NCBI GenBank assembly: GCA_016198415.1
Contig: JACQIO010000016.1
Location: 6,084 to 70,083, forward strand
Origin: Candidatus Berkelbacteria bacterium
Lineage (GTDB): Bacteria; Patescibacteriota; UBA1384; JACPKC01
Length of the DNA: 64,000 nt
Reading direction: 5' to 3'
Shown here: in pieces, positions 1 through 8,694 of the stretch
Numbering within the stretch: the stretch's first letter is position 1
Layout: each line of letters starts with the position of its first letter
Translations under genes and position numbers: made by a program
The notes under the pieces: model-generated
Told to the model about the DNA's origin: nothing
Databases searched by the model: none
What the model saw: only the letters and a program-made list of their open reading frames with translations

Positions 1-1
1 A

Positions 2-256
2 GCGCAGCTCCGCCTCCGAGAACTGATCGAGCGCCTCAAGCGGGATCCAGCCATCAAGGAGCTCGTCATTGCCACCAATCCCTCACTGGAGGGGGAGGCC
101 ACGGCGCTCTACCTGCAAAAGCAAATCACTGAGGCAGGCCTGAAGATCCAGATCACCCGCATCGCCCACGGGTTGCCGATGGGTGGGGACCTGGAGTACG
201 CCGATGCCGTCACCCTCACTCGGGCCATGGAGGGGAGACGAGCGTACTCCAGCTAA
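2..256 (+). CDS. recR: Recombination mediator RecR, C-terminal part (truncated by window edge)
   Basis: Frame 2 reads [19 protein letters not shown]...[30 protein letters not shown], the RecR TOPRIM C-terminus. Confidence 0.95.
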   Translation, partial: AQLRLRELIERLKRDPAIKELVIATNPSLEGEATALYLQKQITEAGLKIQITRIAHGLPMGGDLEYADAVTLTRAMEGRRAYSS

Positions 257-294
257 ATTCGAAGCACGAAACCGTTTGGGTTTTTATGCGTCGC

Positions 295-323
295 TTGACG
301 TTTCCATCCAAAGAGTCTACCCT
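295..323 (+). promoter_or_regulatory. Sigma70-type promoter for the Zn-ribbon ORF and cysS
   Basis: TTGACG-17nt-TACCCT. Confidence 0.6.
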
Positions 324-383
324 CGCACTCAATTAGGAGCTATCTGGCTTGGTCGACATGGTCGCGAGCCAAAGGGAGGGTAG

Positions 384-557
384 ATGGCACAGCAGACGTA
401 CTTTTGCCTGGAGTGCAAGCAGGAGACGGCGCTCCGCAGCTGCGAGCTCTGTGGCGAGCAGACCGAGGCGCTGAACGTCAAGGACGATCCATTGCTCGGC
501 CAATCCACGAATGGCCTGGCCTACTCAACCGGCCACGAGGACGATCTATACCTGTAG
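384..557 (+). CDS. Small (57 aa) zinc-ribbon protein, not in the ORF track
   Basis: SD GGGAGG then ATG; MAQQTYFCLECKQETALRSCELCGEQ... has two CxxC motifs. Confidence 0.7.
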   Translation: MAQQTYFCLECKQETALRSCELCGEQTEALNVKDDPLLGQSTNGLAYSTGHEDDLYL

Positions 558-2008
558 CCATCCAGCTCCACAACACGCGGACCCGTCGTCTCGAGCCCTT
601 CCAGCCCCTTCAACCCAACGAGGCCGGCATCTACACCTGTGGGCCAACGGTCTACCAGTACACCCACCTGGGGAACTTTCGGACCTACGTGGTGTCTGAT
701 CTCCTCCGGCGCCTCTTGGAGTACCAGGGTTTCGCCGTCAAACACGTCATGAACATCACGGACGTTGGCCACCTGGTGGGGGATGGGGACGAGGGCGAGG
801 ATCGGTTGGAAGTGGGTGCCAAGCGAGAGGGCAAGACTGCCTGGGAGATTGCCAGCTACTACACCGATGCCTTCCTCCACGATCTTGCTCGCCTCAACCT
901 CCGTCAGCCCCACGTCCTGCCGCGGGCAACTCAGCACATCCCCGAGCAGATCGCCCTCATCGAGCAGCTGGAGACCAAGGGCTTTACGTACCGAACGGGC
1001 GACGGGATCTACTTTGAGACCAGCAAGTTGTCAGACTACGGATCCCTCCTTGGTCAGGACCGAGACCAGCTCTTGGCTGGGGCGCGGGTTGAGGTCAACC
1101 CAGAGAAACACCACCCCGCCGACTTTGCGTTGTGGAAGTTTTCGGAGGACAGAAGACAGACGACAGAGGACAGAGCCGATTCGTCCTCCGTCATCCGTCC
1201 TCCGTCATCCGAAAGAAGGCAGATGGAGTGGGACTCGCCCTGGGGCGTCGGCTTCCCGGGCTGGCACATCGAGTGTTCGGCCATGAGCGTCAAGTACCTC
1301 GGCCAGCCGTTCGATCTTCACATTGGTGGCGAAGACCTCGTTTTCCCGCACCACACGAACGAGAGTGCTCAGACAGAGGCGGCCACCGGCCAGCCCCTCG
1401 CCAACTACTGGCTCCATGGGGCGTTCATGAGCGTTGATGGCGCCAAGATGAGCAAGTCGCTCGGCAATACCTACACCGTCGAGGACGTGGTCAAGCGGGG
1501 CCACGATCCATTGGCGTTCCGCTACCTCACGCTCCAGACCCACTACCGCAAACCGCTCAACTTTACCTGGGAGGCGGTCCAGGCGGCCGATCAGGCGCTC
1601 GCCAACCTTCGGGCCCTCGTCCGCGAGCTTCCAGAAGAGGGGACCGAGCTCGATCCTGCTACCGAGGAGGAGTTTCGGACCCACATCGGCCATGATCTGG
1701 GCCTGCCGCAGGCGCTGGCGCTCTTCTGGGACGTGCTCAAATCAGACCGAGAAGCAGGGGAAAAGACCACAGCCGTTCAACACTGGGACCAGGTTTTTGG
1801 CTTGGGCTTGGCCGATCAACTCGGGAAGCTCGAAGAAATTCCGACCGAGGTGAGTGCCCTGGTGGCCAAGCGCGAGCAGGCGCGGGGAGCGGGGGAGTAC
1901 GGCCAGGCCGACGAGCTTCGATCCAAGCTGACTGACCTGGGCTACACCGTCGACGACACCCCCGACGGTCCCAAGGTCCATCGAGTCGAAAAGCCAACAG
2001 AACTGTAG
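548..2008 (+). CDS. cysS: Cysteine--tRNA ligase (start uncertain, no canonical start at the expected position)
   Basis: [36 protein letters not shown] and KMSKS motifs. Confidence 0.97.
   Translation: MPVAIQLHNTRTRRLEPFQPLQPNEAGIYTCGPTVYQYTHLGNFRTYVVSDLLRRLLEYQGFAVKHVMNITDVGHLVGDGDEGEDRLEVGAKREGKTAWEIASYYTDAFLHDLARLNLRQPHVLPRATQHIPEQIALIEQLETKGFTYRTGDGIYFETSKLSDYGSLLGQDRDQLLAGARVEVNPEKHHPADFALWKFSEDRRQTTEDRADSSSVIRPPSSERRQMEWDSPWGVGFPGWHIECSAMSVKYLGQPFDLHIGGEDLVFPHHTNESAQTEAATGQPLANYWLHGAFMSVDGAKMSKSLGNTYTVEDVVKRGHDPLAFRYLTLQTHYRKPLNFTWEAVQAADQALANLRALVRELPEEGTELDPATEEEFRTHIGHDLGLPQALALFWDVLKSDREAGEKTTAVQHWDQVFGLGLADQLGKLEEIPTEVSALVAKREQARGAGEYGQADELRSKLTDLGYTVDDTPDGPKVHRVEKPTEL
1143..1211. 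repeat. In-frame heptamer-periodic inverted repeat inside cysS
   Basis: Left arm GGACAGA AGACAGA CGACAGA GGACAGA; right arm TCCGTCA TCCGTCC TCCGTCA; encodes [22 protein letters not shown] between DFALWK and MEWDSPWG. Confidence 0.8.
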
Positions 2009-2015
2009 ACTCTTT

Positions 2016-2056
2016 CACCACCCCACCTACACACCGGAAGTGTAGGTTGGGTGGTG
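2016..2056. repeat. REP-like palindrome upstream of RAYT
   Basis: CACCACCC CACCTACAC accggaa GTGTAGGT TGGGTGGTG. Confidence 0.75.
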
Positions 2057-2069
2057 TTATAATGCGGGC

Positions 2070-2729
2070 ATGGCAGTCCGGCACGAATCGATCATTACCG
2101 GCGAGGTCTATCACGTCTTTAATCGTGGCGTTGAGAAGCGAGATCTGTTTATTGACGATGTCGATCGTCAGCACTTTCTCGATGTCCTCAGCTTCTACCT
2201 AGACGAAGTTCAGGCAACCCGCTTCTCATTTCTCACCACAAAGCAGCGACAAAGAATGCTGCAGAAAATGCCCACGCATCCGCGCGTTGAGATCTTGGCC
2301 TACTGCCTGATGGGCAACCACTTCCACCTGATCATCCGCCAGTTGGGCGACGAGGGGATTCGGCGATTTCTCCACCGGGCGCTGAACAGCTACGCTCGAT
2401 ACTTCAACACCCGATACGAGCGAGTCGGTGCGCTCTTCCAGGGTCGATTTCGTGCTGTCCGGGTGACGAGTGATGCCCAGCTTCTTCACCTGATCCGTTA
2501 CCTTCATCTCAACCCATACGTGAGCCATCTTGTGGAGACGCTCGACTCGTACACGTGGAGCTCTCACCCCCTCTATGCTGCCCAACGAGAGACACGACTC
2601 GTCCGCATCACTCAAGGCATGAGTTTCTTTGACAATGACCCAGAGCGATACCGGAAGTTCCTTGAGGATTATCAGGAGTACGCACGTTCGTTGCATCTCC
2701 TCCGGGACATCGCCGAGCAAAGCCGCTGA
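2070..2729 (+). mobile_element. REP-associated tyrosine transposase (RAYT; IS200/Y1 HUH family)
   Basis: YHVFNRG, AYCLMGNHFHL (HUH), FQGRF and RYLHLNP (catalytic Tyr); flanked by related palindromes. Confidence 0.9.
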
Positions 2730-2732
2730 TTT

Positions 2733-2776
2733 CACACCACCACCCTTTCACTCCGGAAGTGTAGGTGGTGTGGTGA
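2733..2776. repeat. REP-like palindrome downstream of RAYT
   Basis: Shares CCGGAAGTGTAGGT with the upstream copy; CACACCACCACC...GGTGGTGTGGTG arms. Confidence 0.7.
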
Positions 2777-2791
2777 GGGGTTAGGGTGGGC

Positions 2792-2820
2792 TTGACAGAT
2801 GCCACATCCTGGTGTATCAT
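2792..2820 (+). promoter_or_regulatory. Near-consensus sigma70 promoter
   Basis: TTGACA-17nt-TATCAT. Confidence 0.8.
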
Positions 2821-2826
2821 CTCGCT

Positions 2827-3557
2827 GTTCCTGGCGCTTCAATCACATGGTTCCTCTTCGCGCCGGGGACGTTCACAACAAAGATGGAGGCGGGCTGGGA
2901 TGCGCACCCCTAGCCACCACGCCTCCTCGTTCCGGCCCTTGTTGGTCGGACGAAAGCCTGGTGCGCACCCTGGGTCCGGTGAGCGTTTGACGCTCCAAGC
3001 CGTACCCAAGGTTCATGGCCTCGCCCTTGCGCCGGTTCGAACCCGGCTGCCACTCATTTGGTTTGTCGGGCGAGGCAAACCGGAGGCGGTGATCTGACCA
3101 GCGATCCGGGCTGGTTAGGGAGATCAAGATCATCGCTGATGCGGGAGCGTCGTGCCGAGGGCTGGGCCTCGGCACTGTCACTGGATTCCCGGAAGAACTG
3201 GGTCCAGGATGCTCCGGGACGGAGAGAGCTGCGCTGGTGGTTGACTCCCACCTAAGCCAACTCGGCTGCTCTCCTCCTATCCCACCCGTCACCCCCACTC
3301 GCGGGACGCGTGCCAGGCCTTCGGGTCTGGACCCACGAGCGGGGCTTGCAGGCCGCACTGCGTGGCCACCCACGAAGACCTCCACTTCCCCCACCGAAGC
3401 GCGCGATGGGGCCCCGGGATCACTCGGCGGAGGCACTCATGAGGAGTCGGCGGGGTGCGTTGCACCCACCCGGGGCACCACCCCGTCGACCTCCTCCCAC
3501 AAAAAGCGCCGTAGGGCGCACACACCGGGCCGGCTCATCGCGAGCCGGCCCTTCCTC
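2827..3557 (+). ncRNA. Candidate large structured ncRNA 1 (family unknown)
   Basis: Promoter upstream; closing hairpin at 3527-3551; no credible ORF; continuous helices, including CCAGGCC-TTCG-GGTCTGG and GTGCCGAGG/CCTCGGCAC. Confidence 0.6.
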
Positions 3558-3570
3558 ATGTCATCACCAA

Positions 3571-3599
3571 TTGACAACCGCCGCGCCTTCAGGTATGGT
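3571..3599 (+). promoter_or_regulatory. Sigma70-type promoter
   Basis: TTGACA-17nt-TATGGT. Confidence 0.7.
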
Positions 3600-3709
3600 G
3601 ACGCGTTCTTGCACCAGAACAATTCGGACAACGAAACGCTCCTTTTGGGGCGCGTTCTGCGTGCAGACAGATCACACGCGGGCGTGGCCCGCATGAGGAG
3701 AAAGTCAAA

Positions 3710-5278
3710 ATGTTCAAAGTTCTGTTCGTTCAAACCATCGGCCTCGTCATGACCCTCGGCCTCGCTGGGCTGGCGCTCGGGAGCCTCCGGCTCCTCTGGG
3801 CAGCGCACCGGGACAATGGGTCCTACTCGTCCCGAACGCCGTGTTGGCCGGAGCGCCGGACCTGGTGGCTGCGGGGTGCCAGTTGCATCGTGGCTGCCTG
3901 GAGTGCGTACGCACTGGGGAGGATCTTGGCGCCAGACACCTGGCTCTGGTTCTTCCTGGTCACGTACACGACGACCTGGCTGACGCTCTCTACGCACCTC
4001 AGCCGGACGATGTGGCGGACCAACTCCCGTCAGCCGCGGATCCATCGCCTCTCATGGGGTGTGGCGATCTTCGCACTGATGGGTGGCACCATGACCGTCC
4101 TCGCGACCACTTGGTCCCTGTTCATGGTGGCGGCAATCTTTGTTGCCCTGCCACGGATCTGGGAGTGGTGGTCCGAGTGGTTCCAGGATGTGCGGTACCG
4201 CCGGCACCGGCCGGTCGCCGCGCTCGGCATGGGGCTGGCGATCCTCGTCGGCCTGAGCTGGATCACAGTCATGAGCGGGCGCGTTGCCATCGAAGCCCTC
4301 TTGGGGACGAAGGTTATCGTGCGGGCCGGCGGAGTCGTTACGCCGCCGCCACCTCCGCCGCCGGTGGCGCTTCCCAAGTGGATCCTCGGCAAAGGGGTCT
4401 GGATCGTCAACCTTGACCACGCCGAGGGCGGGGACCTCGAGGCCATCGTGGCGAAGGCCAAGAAGTACCACGCCGACCACCTCCTGGTGAAGCTCTTTGA
4501 CTCAGAGTGGGATGAGGGGCCGTGGATCCCGTTTCACGGCGCCGACATCCGCCCGGTGGCCAAGGAGCTCATCGCGCTCGCCCACGCCGAGGGCATCAAG
4601 GTCTACCTCTGGGGGTACGTCTACGGCAAGCGGACCCAGTGGGAGATCGGGCTCGTCCGGGAGTGCCTCATGCTCAACCCCGACGGCTTTGTCTATGACG
4701 CCGAGGGGGAGTGCAAGAAGGAGGGCCGAACCGAGAACCTGGAGGAGATCTGCCGGTCGGTTACGGAATGGCGGGACAAGTACCGGCCGAACGCACTGCT
4801 CGGGTTCTCGTCGTTCGACGGGACGATCATGCACGCCGACGGAGGGTTCCCGTACGCGGTCTTCGACCGCTACTGCGAGGTCTTCATCCCCCAGTGTTAC
4901 TGGAAGGATGATGCCACCGGCACTCCAGCCGATCGTCTCAGCTGGGCGTCGGAGCAGTGGGTCGCCTCGGCGGCCAAGTACCGTGCGCGGGGGGCAGGCA
5001 AGTCGTTCGATCGAATCCTCCCGGCTGGCCACGCCTACGACCCCAGACTCAACAGTAACCTTCGGGAGATCCCGTATGAGGAGGTCGTGGACTTCCTTGA
5101 ACGGGCCGAAGGCTTCTGGGGGGTGTCGCTGTACACCTACGAGTTTATGGGGCCGGAGCAGTGGCAGGGCTTCCGGGACGGGCCCGGGTCGCTCCGGGAG
5201 AAGGCCGAGCGGTACGGCGAGGAGCTGCGCAAGGCGCGGGAGGCTAAGCGTAGCGGCAAGAAGGGAAAGGAGGGCTGA
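3710..5278 (+). CDS. Polytopic membrane protein with a poly-Pro linker and a C-terminal TIM-barrel glycoside hydrolase-like domain (GH25/DUF1906-like)
   Basis: SD GAGGAG; about 6 hydrophobic segments; PPPPPPP; GKGVWI, LLVKLFD, WGYVYG, FVYDAE and PQCYW motifs. Confidence 0.6.
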   Translation: MFKVLFVQTIGLVMTLGLAGLALGSLRLLWAAHRDNGSYSSRTPCWPERRTWWLRGASCIVAAWSAYALGRILAPDTWLWFFLVTYTTTWLTLSTHLSRTMWRTNSRQPRIHRLSWGVAIFALMGGTMTVLATTWSLFMVAAIFVALPRIWEWWSEWFQDVRYRRHRPVAALGMGLAILVGLSWITVMSGRVAIEALLGTKVIVRAGGVVTPPPPPPPVALPKWILGKGVWIVNLDHAEGGDLEAIVAKAKKYHADHLLVKLFDSEWDEGPWIPFHGADIRPVAKELIALAHAEGIKVYLWGYVYGKRTQWEIGLVRECLMLNPDGFVYDAEGECKKEGRTENLEEICRSVTEWRDKYRPNALLGFSSFDGTIMHADGGFPYAVFDRYCEVFIPQCYWKDDATGTPADRLSWASEQWVASAAKYRARGAGKSFDRILPAGHAYDPRLNSNLREIPYEEVVDFLERAEGFWGVSLYTYEFMGPEQWQGFRDGPGSLREKAERYGEELRKAREAKRSGKKGKEG

Positions 5279-5280
5279 GC

Positions 5281-5322
5281 AGAGGTCCGTGGGGAGCAAT
5301 CCCCCGGACCTCTTTCCTTTTT
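5281..5322 (+). terminator. Intrinsic terminator
   Basis: AGAGGTCCG..GGGGA-GCAA-TCCCC..CGGACCTCT followed by a T-rich tract. Confidence 0.7.
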
Positions 5323-5360
5323 GGGCTGCTTCTGGTCGTAACGACCTCGGCGCGTCTACA

Positions 5361-5473
5361 AATGACCAATAATCAAACTCCAATAACCAGACAAGTTCCA
5401 ATATCCAATGTTCAGTTTGGTTATTCGGACCTTCGGTTATTGTCTGATCATTGAGGCTTGGTCATTGGTCATT
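5361..5473. repeat. AT-rich heptamer-periodic inverted-repeat element (AATGACC/GGTCATT family), no cargo
   Basis: AATGACC AATAATC AAACTCC AATAACC ... GAGGCTT GGTCATT GGTCATT. Confidence 0.75.
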
Positions 5474-5552
5474 GCCTCGCGCACCCTGCTCCTATTGAAC
5501 CACCCCTGTTGGCAGCGTCGAATGGGTCTGCGGCCGGGTGAACATCAAGGCA

Positions 5553-5581
5553 TTGACAGGAGGAGAGGTACGTGCTAGACT
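5553..5581 (+). promoter_or_regulatory. Sigma70-type promoter of the secreted-protein cluster
   Basis: TTGACA-17nt-TAGACT. Confidence 0.75.
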
Positions 5582-5587
5582 CCCGAG

Positions 5588-5805
5588 TTCGCTGCTGGTA
5601 CAGTGCGTTCAGAGGGACGCACGTCCAGTTGCTTTCCACCAAGTAGAACGTCATTCCACTCTGGTCCGGCTAGGAGCTGGGAGAGTTGTCTGCGAGCCTT
5701 GCTCAACGACTTTGCCCCTCCTTCCCAGCTGTCCCCTGAGGATACTCGAGCTCGCTCCGCTTGCCGGAGAGGGTACGTGGCCTGGCTGGACCAGAGGGAA
5801 TGACA
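5588..5805 (+). promoter_or_regulatory. Long structured 5' leader
   Basis: 5650-5674 (GTCATTCCACTCTGGTCCGGCTAGG) pairs with 5781-5804 (CCTGGCTGGACCAGAGGGAATGAC). Confidence 0.55.
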
Positions 5806-5833
5806 CTTAAGGAGGGGATCGTGGGGCACGACT

Positions 5834-8548
5834 ATGACCAACGAAACTCTCCGAAGTGGCACCCAATCTCCTGAAACGAACCGGCCGGACAACGCGCCGG
5901 CTTTTGGCGTTGTGGGTGAGCGACTGGCCGCCCTCGGCGAGCGCATCCGCTCGGGGTTCGCAGAGGGTCGCGAGCAGGCGATGGCCGCCGCCCGCGGGCG
6001 GATTGCGGCTGCTCCCACCCTGGAAGCGGCTGCGGCCGAGGGGCTCAAGGATCGCCTGACGCCAGAACTCAAGGCCGCCCAAGAGCGCGATGGCACTGCC
6101 TGGTACAACCAAGCCCGCGCCTGGCTCAAGCATCCCGAGGTTCGCAAGGCCCGGACTGGTCTCTCCATCGCTGCCACCGGCGCCGGCTTCTTTGGGCTGG
6201 CCACCGCTAACCTGCCGCTCGTGGCCGGTGCGGTGGCGGCTCGCTTTGGCCTGGCCGCCCTCGGTTCCTACAACCTGGCCCAAGAAATCCAACTCAACCG
6301 CGATCTCCATAAGGACACTAGCCGCGAACTCACGGGGCTCGAAAAGCTCGTCGGCGTCTTCACGCGGCGTGGCCAGGGCCTCGATGAGGCAACTGTGGCC
6401 GGGATGAGTCGCGATCAAGCCCAGGCCCGGATTGCCGCGACGGTCGCGACGGCCCGGGCGGCCGATATCACCGATGCCCGTGCCATCAGCCAGCAAGCCG
6501 CCTTTGATCAACTGCTCGTCAAGTCGACGCTCAGTGCCCAGACCGAGAAGCGCTTGGAACAACTTCGCAGCGCAATGGCAGCTCGCCTGATTCGAGCTGA
6601 GCGGGGCTTGGGCAAGCGCGCTGCCCTCGATGAGGCCGAGGTGACTGCCTACGCGGTGACTCATCAAGCGGCGATCGATCAAGCCATCGCCGAGCGCGAG
6701 GCCAAGCGGGGCGAGTGGGAGCAGACGAACGGTCAGACGCTCAGCAAGACGAGCGCGCTTGTTCGCGGTCACGCTCAAGCACGTGCCGACGTTGCCACGG
6801 TCCTGGCCGGTGCTGAGATCCAGCTGCCAGCCGCCCGCACGCAGGCCAAGCACCGAACGATCCTCTCCGGTCTGATTGGTCTGGGGATGGGCGCCCTGTC
6901 TCTCTTCATGGGTGGCGTAAGTAAGCTGGAGTCCGCCAAGGACGCAGCTGAGGCCGCTGCCACTGGCGTGACCCCGGACGTGGCCGGCCCGCCTGATGCC
7001 ACAACTTTGGGAGAGACGCCAGTGCCCCGACCCGGTTTGCCGATCCCAGCGCCTGCAGCGGCGGCGCCGGCACATGAGGCTGGTGGTCTTGGCCGTGAGG
7101 CGCTCCAGAACGCTGGGACGGCCGCGCGCGCCATCGCCAGCGGGCGTGAGCACTTCCATGCCAATCTTGTCGACACGCTCCGGGCCGGCCTGGAGCAGGC
7201 TGACTACCAAGGCACCACCCAGCCAATCCACGCGGCGGTCAATGCCCTGGTCCACAACCACCTGACCGACGGCTTTGATCTGTCCGTGGTCAACACGGAG
7301 AATGGCCAGTCGCTCGCGCAGTACCTCCTCTACCACGCGGACGAGCTGGCTGACCCAGCCAATGAGGCCAAGCTCTACGATCTCCTGTCCCATGACTTCT
7401 CAACCGCTGAGCTGGGTGAGCGGATGGCGCTGGCCGTGACTGGTGAGGTGGACGCGTCCGCGCTCGAATCAACCGTTGGGGCTGCCGCAACTGCCGCTGA
7501 GGGCGCGGCCGGAGCGCAGGAAGTCTTTGTCAACGAGCACGTCCAGGCTGCTCTCGATGCCCTTGAGTCCACAGAGACGCGGGGCGTGGTCACGCCGGAC
7601 CAGGTGGCCCCGCTCAACCGATTGATTCTCAAGAGTGAGGATGTCCGTGAGGCGTTGGCCCTCGAGGGTCCCCACGGTGGTGAGACTAATCAGATTACGA
7701 ACGTAGAGAGACTCCACGCAGGCCAGGCCGCTCCTGCGGTGACACACCTGAGCGACGGTCGGCTCCGACTCATCTACATGTTAGACGGTCGGGATATGTC
7801 TCTTGAGCCGGTGGCCGATCCGCAGAAGCTGACGGTCACCCTCGACTCAGCCGGCCACGTTGTCAAGGCCGAGAGCGAGCTCCTGGAGCACGGGAATTGG
7901 ATGAAGGATCCGGAAACGTATCCAGAGCCGGTTCCAGCAGCGCCGGCTGAGCCCGTGCCCGCACCAGAGGCCGTCAAGCCTGGCAACTTCACGGTTGTTG
8001 AGGATGGTCCAACCCAGTCACCGGTAACTGTGGCCACGTCGCCCAGCTTCACGGTCGTAGAGGATCGGGCGACCCTGCCTGTCGAGTCTGCACCAGCGTC
8101 AGTGACCCCAGTTCCAGCCGAGGCACCCCCGCAAATCGCTGCCCCAGCCGAACCGACCGAGCCAGAGGCACCGACTGCTCCGGTGACGACCGAGGAAGTC
8201 AAGGCGACGCCGATTCCTACCGAGGCGCCACCGGCTGAGGCAGTCGTCGAAGAGACCGAGCAGCCGAACCGCACGGTCCTTGACCCCAACCAACCCTGGC
8301 TGACGCTCCCGCCTGAGGGATCCGAAGAGACAGCTGAGGTGGAACCAGAAGCGGCCAAGCCAGAGGAGTCGACTGAGGACACGCCGAACATTACTGCAAC
8401 ACCCACTGATGTAGCCACGCCAGTTCCCACAGAGGAACCACCGGCCGAAGCGTCGGAACCAGTGGTTCGGGAGTCACCTCTCGCCAAGCCGTCGGATGGT
8501 GAGGTGGCACCCACGCCAACTGGCAAGTACGAGGCGGTTGGTATCTAA
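5834..8548 (+). CDS. Large hypothetical membrane protein with a Pro/Glu/Thr-rich C-terminal region
   Basis: 904-aa ORF; Ala-rich helical N-terminus, Gly-rich hydrophobic segments, low-complexity tail. Confidence 0.8.
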   Translation: MTNETLRSGTQSPETNRPDNAPAFGVVGERLAALGERIRSGFAEGREQAMAAARGRIAAAPTLEAAAAEGLKDRLTPELKAAQERDGTAWYNQARAWLKHPEVRKARTGLSIAATGAGFFGLATANLPLVAGAVAARFGLAALGSYNLAQEIQLNRDLHKDTSRELTGLEKLVGVFTRRGQGLDEATVAGMSRDQAQARIAATVATARAADITDARAISQQAAFDQLLVKSTLSAQTEKRLEQLRSAMAARLIRAERGLGKRAALDEAEVTAYAVTHQAAIDQAIAEREAKRGEWEQTNGQTLSKTSALVRGHAQARADVATVLAGAEIQLPAARTQAKHRTILSGLIGLGMGALSLFMGGVSKLESAKDAAEAAATGVTPDVAGPPDATTLGETPVPRPGLPIPAPAAAAPAHEAGGLGREALQNAGTAARAIASGREHFHANLVDTLRAGLEQADYQGTTQPIHAAVNALVHNHLTDGFDLSVVNTENGQSLAQYLLYHADELADPANEAKLYDLLSHDFSTAELGERMALAVTGEVDASALESTVGAAATAAEGAAGAQEVFVNEHVQAALDALESTETRGVVTPDQVAPLNRLILKSEDVREALALEGPHGGETNQITNVERLHAGQAAPAVTHLSDGRLRLIYMLDGRDMSLEPVADPQKLTVTLDSAGHVVKAESELLEHGNWMKDPETYPEPVPAAPAEPVPAPEAVKPGNFTVVEDGPTQSPVTVATSPSFTVVEDRATLPVESAPASVTPVPAEAPPQIAAPAEPTEPEAPTAPVTTEEVKATPIPTEAPPAEAVVEETEQPNRTVLDPNQPWLTLPPEGSEETAEVEPEAAKPEESTEDTPNITATPTDVATPVPTEEPPAEASEPVVRESPLAKPSDGEVAPTPTGKYEAVGI

Positions 8549-8694
8549 GTCACGAACGTAGATCACGTAGCCCGTTGAGGCTGCTTCCCGTCCAGGAGGG
8601 CGGGGAGAGGGCCTGAAGGGGAAGGCAGGTTCCTTCACAACTTGGGGAAGACAAAACATTTTTGCCCGCAAGGGCACGGAGGGAGTACGAGACA

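Noticed and set aside
2786-3752. Overlapping ORFs listed in the track here and at 12918-14334
   Set aside because: Arg/Pro/Gly/Ser-rich translations without SDs or recognisable motifs, typical of GC-rich non-coding DNA
5807-7393. Long antisense ORFs (also 8710-9654, 21907-22833, 25540-26511, 50067-50990, 54689-55738)
   Set aside because: Shadow frames of real genes caused by high-GC codon bias
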